From positions 1-56,999 of the forward strand of contig SCVR01000175.1 in assembly GCA_004296805.1 (NCBI GenBank): DNA of 56,999 nt, read 5' to 3'. Below, one piece after another: positions 17,916-25,186 of this stretch (positions are counted from its first letter, which is position 1; the number at the start of each line of letters is the position of its first letter). The position numbers and the translations under genes are program-made. Origin of the DNA: Dehalococcoidia bacterium (lineage in GTDB: Bacteria > Chloroflexota > Dehalococcoidia > UBA2979). Below the pieces are notes generated by a model. It ran no database searches. It was not told where the DNA came from and was given only the letters and a program-made list of their open reading frames with translations.

Positions 17916-17964
17916 TGGCGGATGGAGGAGCGGCGGAGTCCGGAACCCCGCGAGTCCGAACCAT

Positions 17965-17980
17965 CCGGCATGGATGCCGG
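17965..17980 (+). promoter_or_regulatory. 5'-leader hairpin presenting GGA in its loop (CsrA-type site candidate)
   Basis: CCGGCA-UGGA-UGCCGG, a 6 bp stem. A second GGA lies in the SD AGGAGG (17996..18001). Confidence 0.4.
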
Positions 17981-18009
17981 GGAGATCCAGGCTATAGGAG
18001 GCCACTGAC

Positions 18010-19206
18010 ATGGGAATGATCATCAACACGAACATCGCCGCGCTGAACGCGCAGCGAAACCTGGGTGCCACCAGCGCCCAGATGGGCAAGACGCTTGAGA
18101 AGCTCTCCAGCGGCCTGCGCATCAACCGCGCGGCGGACGACGCTGCCGGCCTGGTGATTTCGGAGAAGATGCGGTCGCAGATCCGCGGCATGCAGCAGGG
18201 TATGCGGAACGCCCAGAACGGCGTTTCGATGCTGCAGACCGGTGAAGGCGCGCTGAACGAGGTGCACAACATCCTCGGCCGCGTGCGTGAGCTGGCCGTG
18301 CAGGCCGGCAACACCACGCTCTCCTCGTCCGACCGCGACGCGATCGGTGAAGAGATGCTCGCCCTCCGCTCGGAGATCGACAACATCGCAACCCGCACGC
18401 GTTTCAACGGCCAGAGCCTCCTGAACGGGTCGCTCGCGGTGACGTTGGACTCCGCGAACTCGACCGCCGACAACGTGACGTACGCCAACGGTGGCGCGAC
18501 GACCTCGGTGTCTTCGGTCAGCGTTGCGGACGCGCAGGCTGGCGAGACGTACACGTTCTCTGCGGCCGGTGCGGTCCTGACCCTGACGCACGATGACGGC
18601 AACGGCTACGTGCGCACGGAGACGGCGACGGTCCAGGACATGGGCGCGAGCGGCTCGCAGGCGGTCACGTTCGAGGAGTTGGGCGTCACGTTGAACCTCT
18701 CGCACGACGCGGTCGCTGCGAACCACACCGGTGCGAACCTCGCGAACGCGTTCGCGGCGACCACGGTGGTCACCTCGGGCAGCGGCAACGCGACGTTCCG
18801 CGTGGGCGCTGAAGTCGGCGACGACATCTCGCTCGCGTTCTCGGACATGCGTTCGAGCGCTCTGGGCAACGCTTCCAAGCTGGACACCCTGATCGCGGAC
18901 AACGCTGCGGTGTCGACGACCGCGAAGGCGGACACGCTGCTCGCCTCCGTGGACGCGGCCATCGACCAGGTGTCGACCTTCCGCGCGAAGATCGGTGCCC
19001 GTCAGAACCAGCTCGACGTGGCGACGAACTCCCTCGGCGTCTCGATCGAAAACCTGTCGGCGTCGGAGTCGCGCATCCGCGACGCGGACGTCGCGGAACT
19101 GTCCAGCCAGATGATCACGAAGCAGATCATCCAGCAGGCCGGTGTGGCCGTCCTCGCCCAGGCGAACTCGGCCCCGCAGGCTGTCCTGTCTCTGCTCCGC
19201 GGCTAG
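18010..19206 (+). CDS. fliC: Flagellin (copy 1)
   Basis: MIINTNIAALNAQRNL...LSSGLRINRAADDAAGL...SRIRDADVA...QAGVAVLAQANSAPQAVLSLLRG shows canonical N- and C-terminal flagellin domains. Confidence 0.95.
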   Translation: MGMIINTNIAALNAQRNLGATSAQMGKTLEKLSSGLRINRAADDAAGLVISEKMRSQIRGMQQGMRNAQNGVSMLQTGEGALNEVHNILGRVRELAVQAGNTTLSSSDRDAIGEEMLALRSEIDNIATRTRFNGQSLLNGSLAVTLDSANSTADNVTYANGGATTSVSSVSVADAQAGETYTFSAAGAVLTLTHDDGNGYVRTETATVQDMGASGSQAVTFEELGVTLNLSHDAVAANHTGANLANAFAATTVVTSGSGNATFRVGAEVGDDISLAFSDMRSSALGNASKLDTLIADNAAVSTTAKADTLLASVDAAIDQVSTFRAKIGARQNQLDVATNSLGVSIENLSASESRIRDADVAELSSQMITKQIIQQAGVAVLAQANSAPQAVLSLLRG

Positions 19207-19233
19207 TCCGCCACTGTCACCGGACGGCAGTGA

Positions 19234-19261
19234 GGAGCCCCCACCGCAAGGTGAGGGCTCC
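19234..19261 (+). terminator. Intrinsic terminator after flagellin 1
   Basis: GGAGCCC-C-CACC-GCAA-GGTG-A-GGGCTCC hairpin followed by TTCGTGTT. Confidence 0.6.
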
Positions 19262-19361
19262 TTCGTGTTGCCGTCAGGTGGGGTTTTCCCCGATGGGCGG
19301 TCCCCCGAGGGTTGACCACACTGGTCGCGAAGGTCCCTCCGGGCCCAGCGAGGAGTGTGCG

Positions 19362-20645
19362 ATGGTCGCCGTGGAGAAGCCGCAGACCGAGGTCGTGCGG
19401 GAGACCGTGCACCAGCAGTACGAGTCCCTGCCATATCCGGCGCGCGATCCGGAGCAGGAACTGGAAATGCTCCGACAGCCGACGGTGTGCGAGTTGCCTC
19501 GCGTGAACGCACTGCTGGGCGGTGGGCACCGGGTGTTCGACTCCACGTTCCGGGTCCTGGACGCGGGTTGCGGTACGGGTGACGCGACGGTGTTCCTGGC
19601 GCATCAGTTGCGCGGGACCGGAGCGCGGATCGTGGCGCTGGACCTGTCTGGTGCCTCGTTGGATATCGCGCGGCGTCGCCTGCGGGCGCGCGGGCTTGAG
19701 GACGCGGTGGACTTCGTGCAGGCGCCGATCGAAGAGGCGCCGTCCCTGGGGCTGGGCGAGTTTGACTTCATCTCGTCGTCCGGGGTGCTGCACCACCTGC
19801 CCTCGCCTGAGGCGGGGATGCGAGCGCTGCGCGACATGCTGAAGCCAGACGGCGCCATCGCGGTGATGGTGTATGCGAAGTATGGCCGTGAGCCGGTGTA
19901 CCTCATGCAGTCGTTGCTGCGGATGCTGGCCCCGGCGGAGTTTGGCGAGGAGCGGCGGTTGCGGATCTTGAGGCGGGCGCTGCAGGCGCTGCCACAGGAG
20001 AACCGCGGAGTACGCGGTTTGCTGGACACGCCGCTGTTCCATTCCGAGATCGCGCGGTCAGACGCCGGTGCGTATGACCTGCTGCTCCACTCGCAGGATC
20101 GGCCGTATACGGTGCCAGAGATATACGACTGGCTGGACGGTGCAGGGCTGCGACTCCTGGACTGGGGTGTGCCTCGGGCGTACCGGCCGGAGACGTATTG
20201 GCCAGGTTCCGACCTGGGACATCTGGATGTGGCCCAGCGGGCGGCCGTGGCGGAGTTGATGCACGGGCGGATGGCGAAGCATCAGTTCTATGCGGCACAC
20301 GCGGAGGTCTCGATGCCGGTGCAGCCGCAGGCGGACGAGCGCGGGGCGGTGCCGGTGTGGACCGCGTGGGGGTTCGACGCGCAGCTGGGACCAGCGCTGG
20401 CGGGGGCGGGGGCACGGCTGAAGTTCACGATGGGCGAGGAGCGTGAGGTAACCGTGAACGGTGACGCGCTGAACCGCCGGCTGCTGGGCGACGTGGATGG
20501 GCAGCGGACGGTGGGGGCGATCCTCGATTCGGCGCGGGGGGCGTTCCCGGCCCAGACGGCGGACCAGATCCGACGTCGGTGGGTGGAGCTGTGCGACTCG
20601 ATGCGGGAGATCGCAGCGCTGGTGCTATACGCGCCGGCGGCATAG
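19362..20645 (+). CDS. Class I SAM-dependent methyltransferase with a C-terminal extension (possible PqqD/RRE-like tail)
   Basis: SAM motif I VLDAGCGTGDATVFLA, plus DFISSSGVLHHL and LKPDGAIAVMVY. The C-terminal ~60 aa (LNRRLLGDVDGQRTVGAILDSARGAF...IRRRWVELCDSMREIAALVLY) resemble PqqD-like peptide-binding domains by eye. ATG 19362 follows GAGGAG. Confidence 0.8.
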   Translation: MVAVEKPQTEVVRETVHQQYESLPYPARDPEQELEMLRQPTVCELPRVNALLGGGHRVFDSTFRVLDAGCGTGDATVFLAHQLRGTGARIVALDLSGASLDIARRRLRARGLEDAVDFVQAPIEEAPSLGLGEFDFISSSGVLHHLPSPEAGMRALRDMLKPDGAIAVMVYAKYGREPVYLMQSLLRMLAPAEFGEERRLRILRRALQALPQENRGVRGLLDTPLFHSEIARSDAGAYDLLLHSQDRPYTVPEIYDWLDGAGLRLLDWGVPRAYRPETYWPGSDLGHLDVAQRAAVAELMHGRMAKHQFYAAHAEVSMPVQPQADERGAVPVWTAWGFDAQLGPALAGAGARLKFTMGEEREVTVNGDALNRRLLGDVDGQRTVGAILDSARGAFPAQTADQIRRRWVELCDSMREIAALVLYAPAA

Positions 20646-20692
20646 CGTCCGGACACCTTCAGGAAGGCGTCAGGGCCGCCGAAGATGGCGGT

Positions 20693-20932
20693 ATGACGTT
20701 GTCCACCCCCTGCGATGCCTGCGGTACGCCGCTGCGCCGTGACGTAGTCACGCTGCGGTTCATGACGAGCCCGATCTCGTATGGGACCGCTTCGCAGACC
20801 CGTGCGGTGCCGGACCTTAAGCAGGAGTACCTGGTTTGCCCGGGGTGTGCCTCGTACGTACAGGCGTGCGTGGCGGTGCTCGAAGGGCGTGTGGGCGCGG
20901 AGCCGTTCAGCGTGCGGGAGATGGCGTCATGA
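20693..20932 (+). CDS. Small CxxC...CxxC (zinc-ribbon-like) protein, paralog A
   Basis: 79 aa with C7-x2-C10 and C49-x2-C52. Its stop overlaps the next start (ATGA). Confidence 0.55.
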   Translation: MTLSTPCDACGTPLRRDVVTLRFMTSPISYGTASQTRAVPDLKQEYLVCPGCASYVQACVAVLEGRVGAEPFSVREMAS

Positions 20933-21174
20933 GCCCCTCGTTCTCCGCGTGTGACCTGTGCCTCGCTACGCTGGGCCCGCAGGTGACGGAGGTCCAGATT
21001 TCGCCTGCGCGCATGGTGCAGTTGACCGAAGAGGGCAGCATTGCGCACCAGGCGACGGGGCTGCGCAGCCTGCGGCTCTGCACGTCGTGCGGGGACTACC
21101 TCATAGCCGGTTTCGAACGCCTGCTGAACGCGTATGGGCGAGTAGTCCCGGAGCAGCAGCGGATGGCCGGGTAG
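20929..21174 (+). CDS. Small CxxC...CxxC (zinc-ribbon-like) protein, paralog B
   Basis: 81 aa with C8-x2-C11 and C51-x2-C54. It has the same layout as paralog A (CDxC...L...V.....L.C..C..Y) and is translationally coupled to it. Confidence 0.55.
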   Translation: MSPSFSACDLCLATLGPQVTEVQISPARMVQLTEEGSIAHQATGLRSLRLCTSCGDYLIAGFERLLNAYGRVVPEQQRMAG

Positions 21175-21184
21175 CCTTCGAGGG

Positions 21185-21862
21185 CTACTGGAACCGTTCG
21201 AGCCAGCGCACGGCGCGTTCGACGGACTTCGGCTCTTCCTTGTAGATGCCGTGCCCGATGCCCGGGAAGATCTCGAGTTCCGAGTTGGCGATCAGGCGGG
21301 ACATGATGACGGAGCCCCCCGGAGGCGTCTGCGGGTCCGCGCTGCCGACGAGGATGAGCGTGGGCGCGGTGACCTTCTTCAGTTCTTCGTCCATGCGGTA
21401 AGCGGCGACGGCGCGGTTGGTCGCCGCCATGGGGCCGTTGCCGGCAGCCTCGAATTCCTCGGCCTTCTTCAGCCATCCGGCGGCGAGTGCACCGCCGACG
21501 CGGCTGGAGGTGGAGAACAGGATCATGCCCTCCACACGGTGGGGGAAGTCGATGGCGAACCGCTGCGTGATCGCGCCGCCCATCGAGTGTCCGGCGATGA
21601 TCGCCCTGGGGATGCCGAGCGCCTCCATGAGGGCATCGAGGTCTTTGGCCCAGGTGGCGAGGGAGACGGGGCCGGGCTCGCTGCTGCTCTCGCCCATCCC
21701 TCGGACGGAGTAGACGAGGTGGCGGAAGCCCTTGAAGGCGGGGGTGGTTTCGGCCCACGTTTCGAGACGGGAGCCGATGCCGTGGACGAAGACGATGGTC
21801 TTGGTGCCTTCGCCGCGGAGTTCGTACTGGTGACTGATCCCATTGGCGGTGATGAAGGGCAT
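21185..21862 (-). CDS. Alpha/beta-fold hydrolase
   Basis: IVFVHGIGSRLETW plus the nucleophile elbow GHSMGG and a C-terminal GIGHGI. Confidence 0.85.
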   Translation of the reverse strand: MPFITANGISHQYELRGEGTKTIVFVHGIGSRLETWAETTPAFKGFRHLVYSVRGMGESSSEPGPVSLATWAKDLDALMEALGIPRAIIAGHSMGGAITQRFAIDFPHRVEGMILFSTSSRVGGALAAGWLKKAEEFEAAGNGPMAATNRAVAAYRMDEELKKVTAPTLILVGSADPQTPPGGSVIMSRLIANSELEIFPGIGHGIYKEEPKSVERAVRWLERFQ

Positions 21863-21969
21863 CGCGGCCTCCCCGGCAGCGTTCGGTGTGGCGGGCGGAG
21901 TATACGCATGGTGCGGTGGCGGATGGGCCGAATCTGCGTGCTAGGATTCCGGGGCTCAGGAGGCGCCCC

Positions 21970-22464
21970 GTGGCGGAGATCGACTCGCGCGAGTTCCGGA
22001 ACTGGGGTGGGCACTTCGCCACCGGTGTGACGGTCCTGACCGTCCATGTGGGCAACACCGTGCGAGGGATGACGGCGAACGCCTTCTGCTCGCTCTCCCT
22101 ACACCCGCCACTCGTCCTGGTCTGCATCCAGCACGGGGTGTCCATGCATCCGTTCTTCGAGGTGGCGGAGTCGTTCGGGGTGAACGTGCTGGCCGATGAC
22201 CAGAAGTCGCTTTCCGACCTGTTCGCGCAGCACGGTGAACACGCCGAGCCGATGAGCGGTGCTCCCTACCGCCTGGGGAACCTTGGGTCCCCGATCCTCG
22301 AGGGCGTGCTGGGGTGGGCGGAGTGCCGTGTGGTGGAGCGGTACGCCGGCGGCGACCACATGATTGTGGTGGGCCAGGTGGAGGAGATGGCAACTGCGCG
22401 TCCAGACGCAGGCCCGTTGCTGTTCTATGCGGGCAAGTACCGCACCGTTGGAGAGACGCTGTAG
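21970..22464 (+). CDS. Flavin reductase-like (FMN-binding split-barrel) protein
   Basis: FRNWGGHFATGVTVLTV...GMTANAFCSLSLHPPLVLVCI. I chose GTG 21970 as the start because AGGAGG sits 6 nt upstream. The 21886 start would crowd the divergent gene. Confidence 0.8.
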   Translation: MAEIDSREFRNWGGHFATGVTVLTVHVGNTVRGMTANAFCSLSLHPPLVLVCIQHGVSMHPFFEVAESFGVNVLADDQKSLSDLFAQHGEHAEPMSGAPYRLGNLGSPILEGVLGWAECRVVERYAGGDHMIVVGQVEEMATARPDAGPLLFYAGKYRTVGETL

Positions 22465-22591
22465 TCGACGCCCCGCCGACCCCGGGTGTGAGGGTGTCGA
22501 AGTCCTCGGGCGCGGGATGTCCCCAATACGGAGCAGGGTGTGGCAGCCGATAGGCTGACTTCGCGGCGGTCATCCGTCGCGAGGAGCGCAC

Positions 22592-23674
22592 GTGGACGCA
22601 GTGTCCCCCACCTCGACCTCGCCCGCGCCGAGCGTCTCACCATATGAGGGGGTGCGCAGCGCGCCGGCCCCGGTCACGCAGGCCTCGTTTGCCGCGATCT
22701 TCGAGAAGCACCTTGCGAGCGCCCGCTCCGAGATCGAAGGCGTGCGTGCGGAGATCGCGTCGCTCCGTGATGGTGGAGCGCGCAACCTGGCGATGTCGCC
22801 GCGTGCCTCCGAGTCCTCGAAGCCGATGTCGGTAGCGGACGTGGTGGCACGACTGAAGACGATGTCGACGGGGGACAGCGCGGACCCGTACGGGTGGCGC
22901 CAGATGGCGCGCGGCACGGGCGAGCAGGTGATCGGCCCGGGATACGGCGCGATCTTCGAGCGGCAGATCCAGCAGGAGTCCGGGTTCGCGCCGGACGTGG
23001 TGTTCGGCCTGCGGAAGTCCTCGGCTGGCGCGGAGGGCATCGCGCAGTTGATGCCGCAGTACTACCCGAACGTGAACCGCGCGGACCCGCAGGCTGCGCT
23101 CATCGCCGGCGCGAAGTCCATGGACCACTACCTGGGAGCATGGGACGGCGACGTGCGCAAGGCGCTCGCCTCGTACAACGCGGGGCTGGGGAAGGTGCGC
23201 CAGGTGGTGGCATCGCACGGCGAGAAGTGGGAGAGCGCACTGCCGTTGGAGACACGCCAGTACCTGTCCGCGATCGTGGGGAACATGAGCCCGGTCTTTT
23301 CACGACCCTCGAGCATGGCGGCGGTGTTCGGCGGCCGGGGGCCGGGCGGGGTGCTAACGATGCCCGTAGACCGCACAGGGAGCCGGCCTGCGGCGGGAGG
23401 CCTCGACCTCTTTGCGCATGCGGGTAGCGCGGTGCGAGCGCCAGCCGACGGCACGGTACGCATCGCCACTGGTGACGAGGGCCCGGTGGTCACGATCGAC
23501 CACGGGAATGGCTGGCAGAGCACGCTGCGCGGGGTCGATGGCGTGTTGCCCTCGGACGGTGCGACGGTGCGTCGGGGCGAAGTCGTGGGTGCGGTGGACA
23601 CGGGCGCACGGGTTGCGCTGGGGCTGACGCTGAACGGCCGGGCAGTGGACCCGATCCGGTATCTGCTGGGATAG
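22592..23674 (+). CDS. Lytic transglycosylase (SLT) domain fused to a degenerate LytM/M23 domain; no signal peptide
   Basis: SLT motifs are IQQESGF, AEGIAQLMP and ASYNAGLG. The C-terminal LDLFAHAGSAVRAPADGTV...IDHGNGWQSTLRG...VRRGEVVGAVD...VALGLTLNGRAVDP follows M23 topology, but HLHFE is replaced by ALGLTL. Confidence 0.8.
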   Translation: MDAVSPTSTSPAPSVSPYEGVRSAPAPVTQASFAAIFEKHLASARSEIEGVRAEIASLRDGGARNLAMSPRASESSKPMSVADVVARLKTMSTGDSADPYGWRQMARGTGEQVIGPGYGAIFERQIQQESGFAPDVVFGLRKSSAGAEGIAQLMPQYYPNVNRADPQAALIAGAKSMDHYLGAWDGDVRKALASYNAGLGKVRQVVASHGEKWESALPLETRQYLSAIVGNMSPVFSRPSSMAAVFGGRGPGGVLTMPVDRTGSRPAAGGLDLFAHAGSAVRAPADGTVRIATGDEGPVVTIDHGNGWQSTLRGVDGVLPSDGATVRRGEVVGAVDTGARVALGLTLNGRAVDPIRYLLG

Positions 23675-23735
23675 GCGAGGCGGTTCCCACCTCGATTCCC
23701 GGTGCCGATGGTGGATGCTACGATCCTCGTCCCGT

Positions 23736-23812
23736 GGTGGGTGTGGCCTAGCGGTTAGGGCGTCAGGTTGTGGCCCTGAAGATCGGGGGTTCAAATCCCC
23801 TCACCCACCCCA
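23736..23812 (+). tRNA. tRNA-His (anticodon GUG)
   Basis: Hand-folded cloverleaf. It has an encoded G-1 opposite C73, acceptor GUGGGUG/CACCCAC and D-arm GCCU-AGCGGUUA-GGGC. The anticodon arm is UCAGG-UUGUGGC-CCUGA, the T-arm is GGGGG-UUCAAAU-CCCCU, and CCA is encoded. Confidence 0.95.
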
Positions 23813-23931
23813 TGGAGACCTCTGCCCGCCGCGCTCACTCGACCGATCCAGTCAACGACTGAATCCGGCCGGGGGCGCGGCGGTGCTATATTGGCGCTCG
23901 AAAGCCCCCCACTCCATCGAAGGACACAGAC

Positions 23932-25080
23932 GTGCGGCGCGGACTCCTCGCCCTCCTCGCCGTGCTTGCGCTCACCCCGCTCGCGGCCGCGTGCAACGAC
24001 AAGAAGGACAGCGGCGCCGGGGACGTGGCCCTGACAGACCGCTGGCTGCGCGCGAACGAAGACCCCTCCGCGGACATCACGATCTTCGAGGCGAAGCTGC
24101 CGGCGAACCTCGTCGAGTTGTTGAACCCAGGATCGTCCGCTGACGCGAAGGACCAGTTGCAGTTCCCCGTGCATCCGAACGGGAAGCTAATTGGTTCGTA
24201 TGTGATCCGACGGCCAGAGGTGGGGAACCTCGTCGGACTGGTGTACGACGTTGCGGAGCCGACCGGGGACGTGACGAAGAAGGTGCAAGAGCAGTTGGAC
24301 GCGCGGCCATGGCAGGTGGTCGGCGCGCAGGCTGACGCCTCTGGCACCTTGCTCCGGTTCCAGACGACGACGGGCGGGGAGTTGCGCGGGCAGGCACTGG
24401 TGAACCAGCGTCCGGGCACCTCGACGTACACCCTGGTGGTGGAGCGTGATGGGAAGCAGACGACGTTGACCGTGGCACGGTCGAGCGCGATCCCGGAGAT
24501 TGCGGCCTCGCTCGCGGACGACCTGACGGTGAAGCGCGTGGACGCCGGGCCGGCGAAGACCGCAGGACTGAAGGAAGGCGACAAGATCGTCAAGGTCGGT
24601 GCGACGGCTGTGACGGACCGTAAGAGCCTGGCAGCGGCACAGCGCGCCCTCTCCGCGGAGAAGCCAGCGAGCACGAGCATCACGTACCTCCTGCTGGTGA
24701 CGCCGCCCGTGGAGGAGGACCAGCGGACGTTCTCCGAACCGGCGACCCTGGCGCTACCGGAGAAGTTCCCGTTGAAGGCGTTCTTCGATGGCATGGTGGT
24801 GATCGATTACCAGTGGGTCCAGGAGCCGGGGAACTCGGGCTTCAAGGCGACGGCGATCACGAAGGACGGTTCCACCTCGACGGCGGGCAAGTTGAAAGAG
24901 GCCCTGCAGAAGGGCGGCTGGCAAGTGGTGCAGGACGTGCCACAGGGCGGTGCGACCCAGATGCAGTTCCAGCACTCGGATGGCCGCGCCGGGGTGGCGC
25001 AGATCGGGCCGTTCGAGGGGGACTCGGCGTACAGCCAGGTGGCCTTCACGGTGCAGTCCGGCCAGGGTGGGGGGAGATAG
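23932..25080 (+). CDS. Lipoprotein with a PDZ-like domain
   Basis: Signal and lipobox MRRGLLALLAVLALTPLAAACN. PDZ-like segment VKRVDAGPAKTAGLKEGDKIVKVGATAV. Confidence 0.7.
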   Translation: MRRGLLALLAVLALTPLAAACNDKKDSGAGDVALTDRWLRANEDPSADITIFEAKLPANLVELLNPGSSADAKDQLQFPVHPNGKLIGSYVIRRPEVGNLVGLVYDVAEPTGDVTKKVQEQLDARPWQVVGAQADASGTLLRFQTTTGGELRGQALVNQRPGTSTYTLVVERDGKQTTLTVARSSAIPEIAASLADDLTVKRVDAGPAKTAGLKEGDKIVKVGATAVTDRKSLAAAQRALSAEKPASTSITYLLLVTPPVEEDQRTFSEPATLALPEKFPLKAFFDGMVVIDYQWVQEPGNSGFKATAITKDGSTSTAGKLKEALQKGGWQVVQDVPQGGATQMQFQHSDGRAGVAQIGPFEGDSAYSQVAFTVQSGQGGGR

Positions 25081-25149
25081 CCCGCCCATCGCGGGGTGTC
25101 CCTGATCCCGAAGCGAGTTTCCCTGCGGAATGATCTCCCGTGTCCGGAG

Positions 25150-25169
25150 CCGCGGCATGGATGCCGTGG
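25150..25169 (+). promoter_or_regulatory. 5'-leader hairpin presenting GGA (CsrA-type site candidate), flagellin 2
   Basis: CCGCGGCA-UGGA-UGCCGUGG, an 8 bp stem with one G-U pair. It shares the GGCAUGGAUGCC core with 17965..17980. The SD GGGAGG lies at 25177..25182. Confidence 0.4.
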
Positions 25170-25186
25170 CCGGAGCGGGAGGTCGT

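Noticed and set aside
17992-19512. 506-aa ORF antisense to flagellin 1 (likewise 25046..26479 antisense to flagellin 2 and 40286..41875 antisense to flgE)
   Set aside because: These are shadow ORFs opposite unmistakable flagellar genes. Their composition is dominated by Arg, Val, Asp and His, with no recognisable motifs.
22592-23674. Calling the C-terminal domain an active M23 metallopeptidase
   Set aside because: The HxxxD and HxH zinc-ligand motifs are not recognisable (ALGLTL in place of HLHFE), so I annotate it as a degenerate LytM domain. The same applies to 9151..10152.
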